Shown here in pieces: positions 18,612-28,108 of a stretch of 64,000 nt of DNA. Positions within the stretch are counted from its first letter, which is position 1, and every line of letters begins with the position of its first letter. Position numbers and translations under genes: made by a program. This DNA comes from Christensenellaceae bacterium (lineage in GTDB: Bacteria; Bacillota; Clostridia; Christensenellales; Borkfalkiaceae). The notes beneath the pieces are model-generated. The model was not told the DNA's origin. It saw only the letters and a program-made list of their open reading frames with translations, and ran no database searches. The stretch is from assembly GCA_948890655.1 (NCBI GenBank), contig CAQTYU010000006.1, positions 7,655-71,654 on the forward strand, written 5' to 3'.

Positions 18612-18944
18612 ATGGACGAGATAGAATATAGTTTTGCCGAACTGCGCGAGCTTGAAGAGGAAATTATAAAAGCGGAAAAAAACAGGCGAAAATTTAAAAT
18701 TTTAAATAAGGCGGTTAAGCTTTATAAAGAGCTTGCCGCCGCCGAAAAAAAGTTAAATTTGCCAAACCGCACGAAGGCGGATTTTAAAAGACGTGCGAAG
18801 ATTTTAACCGAAATTTGCGTTTTGTTCCGCAGGGACGCGGAAAATTCAGCGATAAAAGAGATTAAAAAAGAAGCCGAACTTTTAAACGGGCTGTACGGCG
18901 GCTTAAAACAAGTTTTTGAAAATATTTTAATAAAGACGAATTAA
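18612..18944 (+). CDS. hypothetical helical protein, divergent from the XRE gene
   Basis: The ORF is open from GTG 18606. ATG 18612 lies 8 nt after AAGG. No family is recognised. Confidence 0.5.
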   Translation: MDEIEYSFAELRELEEEIIKAEKNRRKFKILNKAVKLYKELAAAEKKLNLPNRTKADFKRRAKILTEICVLFRRDAENSAIKEIKKEAELLNGLYGGLKQVFENILIKTN

Positions 18945-18963
18945 AAAATATTATTTTATGTTC

Positions 18964-19028
18964 TAATTCCTATTGACAAAGTAGGAATTATTTTTTATAA
19001 TAAAATCATACTGAATAAATAGGAATTA
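18964..19028 (+). promoter_or_regulatory. perfect-consensus promoter of nifS with flanking operator-like repeats
   Basis: The promoter is TTGACA (18973-18978), a 17-nt spacer and TATAAT (18996-19001). A 9-bp IR TAATTCCTA (18964-18972) / TAGGAATTA (18982-18990) brackets the -35. A third TAGGAATTA lies at 19020-19028. Confidence 0.6.
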
Positions 19029-19075
19029 AAATTTTGAAAAACATAAATAGTTTCTGTTTTTCAAAGGAATATACG

Positions 19076-20266
19076 ATGAGGACAATTTACGTTGACAATG
19101 CGGCTACGACCGCGATGAGCGATACGGCAATTGCCGCGATGACGGATTATTATAAAACCGTTTACGGCAATCCTTCTTCGTTGCACACCGTAGGGCAACA
19201 GGCGAAAGAGGCGTTGGAAAGGTTCCGCGGGCGTGTGGCGAAATGCCTTAACTGCGAGCCGAGGGAAATATATTTTACTTCGGGCGGGAGCGAGGCGGAC
19301 AACCAGTGTATTCGTTCCGCCGCTTTACTCGGTGCGAGAAAAGGTAAAAAGCACATAATTTCTACTGCGTTCGAGCATCACGCGGTTCTGCACACCCTTA
19401 AAAAACTTGAAAAAGAGGGGTTTGAGGTGACTTATCTGGACGTGCACGAGAACGGGCTTGTTACGGCGGACGAGGTTGCCGCGGCGATAAGAGAGGATAC
19501 GGCGCTTGTAACCGTTATGTTTGCCAACAACGAGGTGGGCACGATTCAGCCGATTGAAGAGATTGGCGCGGTTTGCCGCAAAAAGGGCGTGATTTTTCAT
19601 ACGGACGCGGTACAGGCGGCGGGGCATATTCCGGTTGACGTTAAGTTGCAAAACGTGGACATGCTGTCGCTTTCGGCGCATAAATTTCACGGACCGAAGG
19701 GAGTCGGCGCGCTTTATTGCAGGCGGGGTGTTCCGCTTTTGACCTTTGTGGAGGGTGGGGCGCAGGAACGCGGCAAGCGCGCGGGAACTGAAAACTTAGC
19801 CGGCATTGCCGGGATGACGGCGGCGCTGGAAGAGGCTTGCGCGAATATGGAAAAGAATTCCGCAAAGCTTTTGAAACTCAGGGAAAAGCTGATTGACGGA
19901 CTTTTAAAAATTCCGCATTCTAAGCTTAACGGCGACAGGCATAAAAGACTGCCCGCGAACGTGAACATGTGCTTTGAGGGAATAGAGGGTGAAAGCCTTT
20001 TACTGCTTTTAGACGCAAAAGGGATTTGCGCGTCTTCCGGTTCGGCCTGTACTTCCGGCTCTTTGGACCCTTCGCACGTGTTGCTGGCTTTGGGGTTGCC
20101 GCACGAGGTGGCGCACGGCTCTTTGCGGATTTCGCTTTCGGAGAGCAACACAGAGGCGGACGTGGATTATATTATATCCGAAGTGCCCAAAGTTGTGGAA
20201 TATTTAAGGGGTATTTCGCCGGTTTGGGAGAAATTGGAAAAAGGTATTCAAGAGCACCTTATTTAA
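19076..20266 (+). CDS. nifS: cysteine desulfurase (NifS/IscS type)
   Basis: Class V aminotransferase blocks are present: [18 protein letters not shown], the PLP lysine context [12 protein letters not shown], and the active-site loop SSGSACTSG. The start is set to ATG 19076 (MRTIYVDN). Confidence 0.92.
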   Translation: MRTIYVDNAATTAMSDTAIAAMTDYYKTVYGNPSSLHTVGQQAKEALERFRGRVAKCLNCEPREIYFTSGGSEADNQCIRSAALLGARKGKKHIISTAFEHHAVLHTLKKLEKEGFEVTYLDVHENGLVTADEVAAAIREDTALVTVMFANNEVGTIQPIEEIGAVCRKKGVIFHTDAVQAAGHIPVDVKLQNVDMLSLSAHKFHGPKGVGALYCRRGVPLLTFVEGGAQERGKRAGTENLAGIAGMTAALEEACANMEKNSAKLLKLREKLIDGLLKIPHSKLNGDRHKRLPANVNMCFEGIEGESLLLLLDAKGICASSGSACTSGSLDPSHVLLALGLPHEVAHGSLRISLSESNTEADVDYIISEVPKVVEYLRGISPVWEKLEKGIQEHLI

Positions 20267-20337
20267 ACGCGCGGAATTGATTTTTGCGTTTTTGAAATAC
20301 TTATGATATTACTAAAATAAAATTCAGAGGTTTTACG

Positions 20338-20778
20338 ATGGCTTTATACAGCGAAAAGGTTATGGACCATTTCACCAATCCCAGAAACGTTGGGAAAATT
20401 GAGGACGCCGACGGAATAGGCGAGGTGGGCAACGCAAAATGCGGCGACATAATGAAGATTTACCTTAAAATTAAGGACGGAATTATAGAGGACGTAAAGT
20501 TTAATACTTTCGGTTGCGGAAGTGCGATTGCGTCTTCTTCGATGGCTACGGAACTCATTAAAGGCAAGCCGCTTACGGAGGCGCTTAGTTTAACCAACAA
20601 GGCGGTTGCCGAGGCTTTGGACGGATTGCCCGCGCATAAACTGCACTGTTCGGTTTTGGCGGAGGAGGCTATCCGCGCGGCGATTAAGGATTATTACGAT
20701 AAGAACGGAATTGCTTATGATAAATCGCAGTTCCCCGACCCGCACGACGAGGACGAACACGTAGTTGAAGAGGATTAA
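20338..20778 (+). CDS. nifU: Fe-S cluster assembly scaffold protein (NifU/IscU N-terminal type)
   Basis: Motifs are HFTNPRNVG, GNAKCGD, FGCGSAIASSS and LHCSVLAE, which include the three Cys ligands. Confidence 0.9.
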   Translation: MALYSEKVMDHFTNPRNVGKIEDADGIGEVGNAKCGDIMKIYLKIKDGIIEDVKFNTFGCGSAIASSSMATELIKGKPLTEALSLTNKAVAEALDGLPAHKLHCSVLAEEAIRAAIKDYYDKNGIAYDKSQFPDPHDEDEHVVEED

Positions 20779-20800
20779 CCCCCGAATATTAGGGATTTAA

Positions 20801-21670
20801 GTGCGTTTGAGAGGGCGAAAAGCGGTGAAAGAGCTTACTGAAGTGCAAAAAATCGAGCGGTCGATAATTACCAAATTCAGAAAAGGTATATGGTCGCGTT
20901 TTCTTGAAGCTGTAAAGAAATACGAGCTGATTGAAGAGGGTGACAAAATCGCCGTTTGCGTTTCCGGCGGGAAGGACAGCTTTTTGCTGGCGAAGCTCTT
21001 TCAGGAACTTAAAAGACATTCCGAAATTAAATTCGACGCCGTATATATAGGCATGAATCCCGGTTATAACGCTGAAAACGCAGAGCTTATAGCACGCAAT
21101 GCGGAGCTTTTGGAAGTGCCGCTGAAAACGTTTAATTCGGATATATTCGAAGTGACCGACGAGATAGGGGGCAATTCCCCCTGCTATTTATGCGCGAGGA
21201 TGAGACGCGGGTTTTTGTATGCGAGGGCGAAAGAGCTTGGCTGCAACAAGATTGCGTTGGGGCACCACAAGAGCGACGTTATAGAAACGACTTTAATGGG
21301 TATGCTTTACGGCGGACAGATTCAGGGAATGCTGCCTAAGCTGAGGAGCAACAACTTTGAGGGGATGCAGCTCATTCGTCCTATGTACTGCATTGAAGAA
21401 GAGGATATAATACGCTGGGTGAATTATAACGGCCTTAAATTCATAGCTTGCGCGTGCAAAAAGACCGAGGGGCTTGCGCTCGGCGAACAGGGGTATTCGG
21501 CACGGCAGGAAGTTAAGGAAATTATAAGGCGGGTTAAAGATAAGAACCCCGACGTGGAGAGCAGTGTGTTTAAATCTATTCACAACGTGCAGTTGGATAC
21601 GCTTGTCGGCTATAAAAAGGGCGGCAAAACTTATTTTATGGAAAAGTTTAAAAGTGATTTAAAAGAGTAA
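20801..21670 (+). CDS. PP-loop ATPase, TtcA-like tRNA thiolation enzyme
   Basis: The PP-loop is CVSGGKDS. CYLCARMRRG and GHH..D blocks are typical of the TtcA family. The start is uncertain: GTG 20801, or GTG 20825, which has a GAGGG SD. Confidence 0.75.
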   Translation: MRLRGRKAVKELTEVQKIERSIITKFRKGIWSRFLEAVKKYELIEEGDKIAVCVSGGKDSFLLAKLFQELKRHSEIKFDAVYIGMNPGYNAENAELIARNAELLEVPLKTFNSDIFEVTDEIGGNSPCYLCARMRRGFLYARAKELGCNKIALGHHKSDVIETTLMGMLYGGQIQGMLPKLRSNNFEGMQLIRPMYCIEEEDIIRWVNYNGLKFIACACKKTEGLALGEQGYSARQEVKEIIRRVKDKNPDVESSVFKSIHNVQLDTLVGYKKGGKTYFMEKFKSDLKE

Positions 21671-21710
21671 CCGCCGCCGTGTTGGTGTGTAAAAATATTT
21701 TTTATAAAAG

Positions 21711-21748
21711 AAAGCCCCGCGGAGTTTGAAAACTCCGCGGGGCTTTTG
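21711..21748 (+). terminator. rho-independent terminator
   Basis: A 16-bp stem AAAGCCCCGCGGAGTT pairs with AACTCCGCGGGGCTTT around a TGAA loop. Confidence 0.8.
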
Positions 21749-21957
21749 GCGTTAAAGTAAGCGTTTACAAAGCAAATTATGCACAGGGCTTAATCCTTCT
21801 CCATTTTATGTCGGGAAAATTGAGGCGGAAATTTTGAAATGCGTATTGATTTTATAATTATTGTATGGTAATATGGTATTTGTGAAAATTGGGTGACAAT
21901 GTACCGGTGCCCTTTCGGGACGGCGGTTTCATATTATATTATACAAAAGGAGAAAAA

Positions 21958-24210
21958 ATGGAGAATTTGCTGTTGATTGTTGCAGGCGCGGCGATTATTC
22001 TTGCCGTTGCCTACGCGGTGTTCAACTTCTTTTCGGTTAAAAAACTGGAAGAAGGCACCGAGAAAATGGGTGAAATTGCGGACGCCATAAGAATAGGCGC
22101 AAACACTTTCATTAAGTATGAGTATAAACTCGTTGCCATAATCGGCGCAGTTATTGCCGTTGTTGTGTTTATCGTTATAAGCTGGCAGGCGGCTATCGCG
22201 TTTATTATGGGTGCGGTTTTGAGCGCCGCAGCGGGCTGGGTCGGAATGAAGATTGCAACCTACGCCAACGTGCGTGTTACAAACCGTGCGAGAGAGAGCA
22301 AGGACCTGGGAAAAACCTTAAAGGTCGCTTTTAAGGGCGGCTCGGTTATGGGGCTTTGCGTTGCGGGCTTTGCGCTTTTGGGGCTTGTGACCGTTTATCT
22401 CATTTTCGGTTTGGGCGCAGGGCAGATAAACGACATAATAAACGATACGATTGGTACAAATTTTATTACCGGACTTAAAGCTTCGTTTACAATGACGCTT
22501 TCGGGTTATGCGCTCGGATGCTCGATTATTGCAATGTTTAACCGCGTGGGCGGAGGTATTTATACAAAAGCCGCGGATATGGGCGCGGACCTTGTGGGCA
22601 AGACCGAGGCGCACATACCCGAGGACGACCCGAGAAACCCCGCCACCATTGCCGATAACGTAGGCGATAACGTGGGCGACGTTGCCGGCTTGGGCAGCGA
22701 CCTTTTGGAAAGTTACGTCGGAGCGATACTTTCCGCCGTTATGCTTGCGTGCGAACTGTTTATGCACACCGCCGAATTTACCGACGCGGAGTTTTTGAAC
22801 AAGCTTATGCTGTTCCCCATAGTGTTTGCGGGGTGCGGACTGATTGCGTGCATTATAGGTATTTCTTACATAGTTATAAAGCCGAGACTATCTAAAAACG
22901 TGCATATGGAACTGAACGTTGCAACGTGGATTTCGGCGGGCGTAACCGTGGTTGCGGGCATTGTGTTAAGTTATCTGATGTTTAAGGATATCCCCGCGGA
23001 GACTATGAAATCGATAGGTTTCAGAGTGAGCGAATTCTCGCCCTGGCTTGCGGCGGTTTGCGGAATTATTGCGGGCATAGTTATTGGCGTAATTTCGGAA
23101 TATTACACGAGCTATGATTATAAACCCACCAAAAAGATTTCGCACGCTTCGAAGGAGGGCCCCGCGCTTACCGTTACGCAGGGGCTTGCAAACGGAATGA
23201 TAAGCTGTATGCTCCCCGTAGTCGTTCTTGCGGTTGCTATTTTCGGTTCTTACGCTATAGCGGGAATGTACGGCGTTGCGTGCGCGGCGTTCGGTATGCT
23301 GTCGTTCGTGGCGGCTACGGTTTCGGTTGATACTTACGGACCGATATCAGACAATGCGGGCGGCATTGCCGAAATGAGCGGACTTGACGAGGAAGTGCGC
23401 GGAATTACCGACAAACTTGACAGTGTGGGCAACACCACGGCGGCAATAGGCAAGGGCTTTGCAATAGGTTCGGCGGCGTTTGCGGCGCTTTCGTTAATGA
23501 CTTCGTATCTGTACGCGTTTACGGGGCACGATTTGGTGCTTGATATAATAAATCCTTTAACGCTTTGCGGAGCTTTGTGCGGCGGGGCGTTGCCGTTCTT
23601 CTTCTCGGGACTTTTAATAGAAGCGGTTGCCAAAGCCGCAAGAAAGATGGTTGAAGAGGTTCGCCGTCAGTTCAGAGAAAATCCCGGCATTCTTGCAGGT
23701 ACGGAACTGCCCGATTACAAGACCTGTATTGGAATTTCTTCGCAGGGGGCGCTTAAGGAAATGCGTATTCCCTGCATATTCTGCATACTTTTCCCGCTTG
23801 TTACCGGCTTTGTTTTCGGACCTATGTTTGTAGGCGGTGTGCTAATAGGCGCAACGCTTTCGGCGATTATGCTTGCGCTCTTCTGCGGCAATGCGGGCGG
23901 AGCGTGGGATAACGCGAAAAAATACATAGAGGCGGGCGGACTTGCCGAGGTTAAAGCCGAAATAGAAAAGGCGAAGTCGGAAGCCGGCGAAACTGCCGAA
24001 AACGTTGTGTTTGAAGAGAACGTCGGCAAAGGTTCGCCTGCGCACGACGCGGCGGTAGTAGGTGACACCGTGGGCGACCCCTTGAAAGACACGGTTGGAC
24101 CTTCACTGGATATATTGATAAAGATTATGTCTACCATTTCGCTTGTGGCGGTTGTGGTGTTCAGCCAATACAATTTGTTTGACGTAATTCAAAGGGCGAT
24201 AGGCGCTTAA
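21958..24210 (+). CDS. hppA: membrane-integral pyrophosphatase (K+-dependent type, possibly Na+-translocating)
   Basis: The 751-aa polytopic protein has GGGIYTKAADMGADLVGK, DNVGDNVGD and GNTTAAIGKGFAIGSAA. Ala rather than Lys in GNTT(A/K) is the reported K+-dependence marker. An AAAGGAG RBS precedes ATG 21958. Confidence 0.9.
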   Translation: MENLLLIVAGAAIILAVAYAVFNFFSVKKLEEGTEKMGEIADAIRIGANTFIKYEYKLVAIIGAVIAVVVFIVISWQAAIAFIMGAVLSAAAGWVGMKIATYANVRVTNRARESKDLGKTLKVAFKGGSVMGLCVAGFALLGLVTVYLIFGLGAGQINDIINDTIGTNFITGLKASFTMTLSGYALGCSIIAMFNRVGGGIYTKAADMGADLVGKTEAHIPEDDPRNPATIADNVGDNVGDVAGLGSDLLESYVGAILSAVMLACELFMHTAEFTDAEFLNKLMLFPIVFAGCGLIACIIGISYIVIKPRLSKNVHMELNVATWISAGVTVVAGIVLSYLMFKDIPAETMKSIGFRVSEFSPWLAAVCGIIAGIVIGVISEYYTSYDYKPTKKISHASKEGPALTVTQGLANGMISCMLPVVVLAVAIFGSYAIAGMYGVACAAFGMLSFVAATVSVDTYGPISDNAGGIAEMSGLDEEVRGITDKLDSVGNTTAAIGKGFAIGSAAFAALSLMTSYLYAFTGHDLVLDIINPLTLCGALCGGALPFFFSGLLIEAVAKAARKMVEEVRRQFRENPGILAGTELPDYKTCIGISSQGALKEMRIPCIFCILFPLVTGFVFGPMFVGGVLIGATLSAIMLALFCGNAGGAWDNAKKYIEAGGLAEVKAEIEKAKSEAGETAENVVFEENVGKGSPAHDAAVVGDTVGDPLKDTVGPSLDILIKIMSTISLVAVVVFSQYNLFDVIQRAIGA

Positions 24211-24230
24211 TTTAAAGTAATAAAAACAAG

Positions 24231-24266
24231 AGCCGCCCCGCACAAACAGCGCGGGGCGGCTTTTTG
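24231..24266 (+). terminator. rho-independent terminator
   Basis: AGCCGCCCCGC (24231-24241) pairs with GCGGGGCGGCT (24251-24261), followed by TTTTT. Confidence 0.85.
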
Positions 24267-24376
24267 TGTAACTAAGTTTGCGCGGTAAATTTTTACGCTA
24301 CGCGGCTACGGCACTTAGGTTGACGGAGGACAGGCAGAGGATTTATATTTACAATTACGAAACGGATAAACTGAAT

Positions 24377-24580
24377 TTAATCTTCTAAGCCTAAAAGATA
24401 ATTGCATTTTACATTATACAATTTTGCAAGCGCAATTACTTGGTGAAGTTTTGGCAGTTGTTTGCCGTTTTCCCAATTTGAAACTGTATTGCGGCATATT
24501 TTAAGCATTGCGGCAAGTTCTTTTTGGGTTAAATTACGGTTTGTTCTCAGTTCTTTCATTCTATTTATAAAAGTTTTCAT
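24377..24580 (-). CDS. XRE family helix-turn-helix protein (67 aa)
   Basis: The HTH pattern is MKELRTNRNLTQKELAAMLKICRNTVSNWENG. The track ORF extends to 24769, but the upstream part is low-complexity and I place the start at ATG 24580. Confidence 0.75.
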   Translation of the reverse strand: MKTFINRMKELRTNRNLTQKELAAMLKICRNTVSNWENGKQLPKLHQVIALAKLYNVKCNYLLGLED

Positions 24581-24654
24581 AAAAGCATTATAACAAATTA
24601 AAATTTTGAAATTGCACCTATATAAGCGCAATATGAAATTAATAAGAGAAAAAT

Positions 24655-24849
24655 TTGAAAAAGAGTGGGCATTTGTTTGCAAAGGAATTGGAAAACCTTG
24701 AAGTAAGGGTGGATGAAGCGAGTATGCTGTTGGATTTAAAGGTGCTGTTAAAGGATTATTATACAGCAACGTTTACCGCAAACGAAAAAAAGCTTGAAAT
24801 AAAGTTTGATAACGGACAAAAATTCGAAATATCGGTAAAAGAGAAGTAA
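24655..24849 (+). CDS. small hypothetical protein (41-64 aa depending on start)
   Basis: The ORF is followed directly by a strong terminator. Start is TTG 24655 or an internal ATG. No homology is recognised. Confidence 0.3.
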   Translation: MKKSGHLFAKELENLEVRVDEASMLLDLKVLLKDYYTATFTANEKKLEIKFDNGQKFEISVKEK

Positions 24850-24871
24850 GCCCGTTTGTTTGGAGTGGTTG

Positions 24872-24908
24872 AGCCGCGGCGCGTTAAAAAACGCGCCGCG
24901 GCTTTTTG
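24872..24908 (+). terminator. rho-independent terminator
   Basis: A 13-bp GC-rich stem (24872-24884 with 24891-24903) is followed by TTTTT. Confidence 0.8.
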
Positions 24909-25086
24909 TTGGCGATATTGAGTTTGTTGTAGGAGAAATTTTTTAAGTTAAGCGGTTACTTCCGCTAGAAATAGCGGCAATAAGATTTGAATATAAATAC
25001 GGGAGTGAGGAGGAAAGAACAACGGCAGAGGGCATTAAAGGGGCATAAGCGCGGGACAAGGTGAATAACATAAACCGAGGTAGTTT

Positions 25087-27786
25087 ATGGGTAATTTTTG
25101 CTTTGAAGAAGGCGAACAGACTTTAAAAAGGCTGGGAACTTCCCGCGAGGGGCTGAGCGCGGCGGAGGCTGCGGCAAGACTTGAAAAACATGGCGCGAAC
25201 GAATTGGAAAAAAGCAAGTCCGCCGGTCCTATAAAACTGTTTTTTGCGCAGTTTAAGGATTTTATGACAATTCTTTTGGTGGTTGCCGCGGCGGTTTCGG
25301 GGTTGATTGCGTTTATTTCGAAGGATTTAAACGATTTGACGGATACCGTTATTATAATAACCATAATTATTCTGAACGCCGTTGTTGGAACGGTTCAGCA
25401 ATACCGCGCAGACAAGGCGATTGAAAATTTAAAGAAACTTTCCGCTTCGTTTTGCAAAGTCAGAAGAGACGGACGGGAGACCGTTATCCCCTGTGAAGCG
25501 CTTACCGTAGGGGACGTGGTGCTTTTGGAAGAGGGGGACGTGGTGCCTGCCGATTGCAGGATTTTAGAGTGCAATTCGCTTATGTGCGACGAATCGGCGC
25601 TGACGGGAGAAAGTACGGGCGCGGAGAAAAGCCCCGAAAGAATACGCGGAAACAAGGTTGCGCTCGGAAATATGAAAAACACGCTGTTCGGTTCGACTTT
25701 CGTTTTGCGCGGCAATGCTACCGCCGTGGTTACAAACGTTGGAATGGGAACGGAAATGGGCAAGATAGCTTCGCTTTTGCAAGGGGGCAAGGCGGGAAAA
25801 ACTCCGCTTGAAAACTCGCTTGTAAAGCTTGGAAAGATTATTTCCGCGTTCGTTCTGGCGGTTACGGCAGTTATATTTATAGTCGGGCTGTTTGTGAGAC
25901 AGGACGGACTTTTGAAGAACTTTATGTCCTCGGTTGCGGTGGCTGTTGCCGCTATTCCGGAAGGACTGCCCGCCGTGGTGACGATTATTATGGCTATGGG
26001 CGTGCAGAGAATGTCGAAGCGCGGTGTGGTTATAAGAAAGCTGAAGTCGGTGGAAACGTTGGGGAGCTGTTCGGTGATATGCTCTGACAAAACGGGAACT
26101 TTGACGCAGAATAAACTTAAGGTGGTTGCCGCATATTGCGGGGGTAAACGTCGTTCAAACGAGGATATAAGAGGGGCAATTTCTTTAAATAGGGCAAAAA
26201 ACAGCCCTGAAAACAGGCTTTTGCAATGTATGTCCGCCTGCATTAACGTTAAAGGCGAAAAGGGGCGCGAGTTGGGAGACCCGACTGAGGTTGCCCTGAA
26301 GATATATGCGGGGGAATGCGGATTTTCGGGGAGTTTTGCGAGGACTGGGGAGAAACCGTTTACCTCGGAAAGAAAGATGATGACCGTTGCGGTGGACGAC
26401 GGCGGAAAGAAAACGAGCTTTACCAAGGGCGCGCCGGATATTCTGATTAAAAAATGCACTCACATACTGACCCCGTCGGGGATAAGGGAAATGACCGAAG
26501 CGGACAGAATTGCGGTTGTTAACGAAAACGACGGTATGTCTGACGAGGCTTTGCGCGTTTTGGGTTTTGCTTATAAAAACGGCGGGGATATGTGCGAAGA
26601 AAGCCTTGTTTTTATAGGGCTTTGCGGTATGATTGACGCGGTTAAAGAGGGCGTGGGCGAGGCTGTGGAAGAATGCCGCGGCGCCGGAATAACTACGGTT
26701 ATGATAACGGGAGACCACGTGCGGACTGCGCTTGCAATCGCAAAAAAAGCTGGTATAGCAAGCGATATGAGCGAAGTTATGACGGGAGAACAGCTGGACG
26801 CGCTTCCGGAAAACGAGCTGGACGAGAGGATAGAGAACTGCCGCGTGTTTGCGAGAGTTTCGCCAAAGCATAAAAATATTATTGTGCAGGCTTTGCAGAG
26901 GCGTGGAAAGGTTGTTGCGATGACGGGCGACGGAATAAACGACGCCCCGAGCATAAAGAGCGCGGATATAGGCATTGCTATGGGCAGAGCCGGTACGGAC
27001 GTGACGAAGAGCGCTTCGGATATGGTTATAACCGACGATAACTTTACCACAATTGTTTCCGCCGTGCGCGAGGGCAGAAGAATTTCGGGCAATATAAGAA
27101 AGACTATACAGTTTTTTATTTCGACCAATCTTGCCGAAGTGCTTGCCATTTTAATTGCGTCGCTGTTTTTGTTCAGGTTTGACTTTTTACTTTCCACGCA
27201 GCTTTTGTGGCTGAATCTGATTACGGACAGTTTGCCTGTTCTGGCGCTTGGTATTGAGCGCGAGGAGAGGGACGTTATGAAACGCCAGCCCGAACGCGCT
27301 GAGAAAGGGTTGTTTTCAAAATTGTCGCTGTGCTCTATTGCGTATTACGGGTTGTTTATGACGGCGGTGACCGTGGGCGTTTTTGCGGGCGCATTGAAAG
27401 CTTGCGGAAACGAAGTCGCCACGACAATGACCTTTATGACGCTTTCGTTTTTGGAGCTTTTTCAGGCGTTCAATATTCGTACGGAACGCGGAACGGCTTT
27501 CGGCAAAGGGATGTTTTCGAACAAAGTGTTGCTTTTGACCGTGGGGGCGGGAGTGCTTGTGAACGTGCTTTTGTGCGTAAGTCCGTTATCCGTTGCATTC
27601 GGACTTGTTGCGCTGTCACCCGCGCAGTGGGCTATTGTGTTCGGGTTGTCGCTTTCGGTTATTCCCGCGGGGGAACTGTTTAAGCTGTGCGTAAGAATTT
27701 TTACAAGGCGTAAATTGCGTTTGCCACTGCATATTAAGGGGGCAAGCGTGATGAAAAGAACGGCGGAAATGAAAAATAAGGCGTAA
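25087..27786 (+). CDS. P-type (P2-type, Ca2+-transporting-like) cation ATPase
   Basis: The 899-aa product has TGES, PEGLP in TM4, the phosphorylation site CSDKTGTLT, TGD, and the hinge MTGDGINDAPS. Confidence 0.9.
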   Translation: MGNFCFEEGEQTLKRLGTSREGLSAAEAAARLEKHGANELEKSKSAGPIKLFFAQFKDFMTILLVVAAAVSGLIAFISKDLNDLTDTVIIITIIILNAVVGTVQQYRADKAIENLKKLSASFCKVRRDGRETVIPCEALTVGDVVLLEEGDVVPADCRILECNSLMCDESALTGESTGAEKSPERIRGNKVALGNMKNTLFGSTFVLRGNATAVVTNVGMGTEMGKIASLLQGGKAGKTPLENSLVKLGKIISAFVLAVTAVIFIVGLFVRQDGLLKNFMSSVAVAVAAIPEGLPAVVTIIMAMGVQRMSKRGVVIRKLKSVETLGSCSVICSDKTGTLTQNKLKVVAAYCGGKRRSNEDIRGAISLNRAKNSPENRLLQCMSACINVKGEKGRELGDPTEVALKIYAGECGFSGSFARTGEKPFTSERKMMTVAVDDGGKKTSFTKGAPDILIKKCTHILTPSGIREMTEADRIAVVNENDGMSDEALRVLGFAYKNGGDMCEESLVFIGLCGMIDAVKEGVGEAVEECRGAGITTVMITGDHVRTALAIAKKAGIASDMSEVMTGEQLDALPENELDERIENCRVFARVSPKHKNIIVQALQRRGKVVAMTGDGINDAPSIKSADIGIAMGRAGTDVTKSASDMVITDDNFTTIVSAVREGRRISGNIRKTIQFFISTNLAEVLAILIASLFLFRFDFLLSTQLLWLNLITDSLPVLALGIEREERDVMKRQPERAEKGLFSKLSLCSIAYYGLFMTAVTVGVFAGALKACGNEVATTMTFMTLSFLELFQAFNIRTERGTAFGKGMFSNKVLLLTVGAGVLVNVLLCVSPLSVAFGLVALSPAQWAIVFGLSLSVIPAGELFKLCVRIFTRRKLRLPLHIKGASVMKRTAEMKNKA

Positions 27787-27826
27787 AAAAGCCCTGCTGC
27801 GTCAGCTGACGCGGCAGGGTAATTTT
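27785..27826. terminator. bidirectional rho-independent terminator
   Basis: CCCTGCTGCGTCAG pairs with CTGACGCGGCAGGG, with an A-run upstream and a T-run downstream. It lies between convergent transcription units. Confidence 0.7.
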
Positions 27827-28108
27827 ATGTTTAACCGAAAGCGCGCCGAGGGAACCTTTGAGGTGATTGTTGGGCGCCTCTTTAAAGTCCTTATTTTCGG
27901 CGTAGATAATTGAATTAATGCCGGCGACGCTTTCTTTGCAAAGACTTATAGTAAGATTATCTGCTCTTGCTTTAGTTGAGGTTTCCGCTGAACGGGACGT
28001 AATCTTTTCCGAGTCCGCCGTTGTCGTAAATTATCTGACATATTTTTGATTTCGGCGCTGTTACGATTGCTATTATCGTTTCGGCATTCATTATAAAGAC
28101 TCCGTATA

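Noticed and set aside
21889-21957. An upstream extension of the pyrophosphatase ORF from a TTG start.
   Set aside because: A strong AAAGGAG RBS precedes ATG 21958, and the protein from that ATG begins with the expected first TM helix. A short hairpin in the ~75-nt leader was noted but matches no riboswitch I recognise.
25395-26459. A long 354-aa ORF antisense to the P-type ATPase. Similar long antisense ORFs lie at 13188-13925, 38760-39485, 46506-47366, 49480-50172, 55349-56200, 61102-61824 and 63390-63911.
   Set aside because: Each is fully embedded opposite a gene with clear family motifs. Their translations are low-complexity (Ser/Pro/Ala/Arg-rich) and lack RBSs. They are typical shadow ORFs of codon-biased, GC-richer coding DNA.
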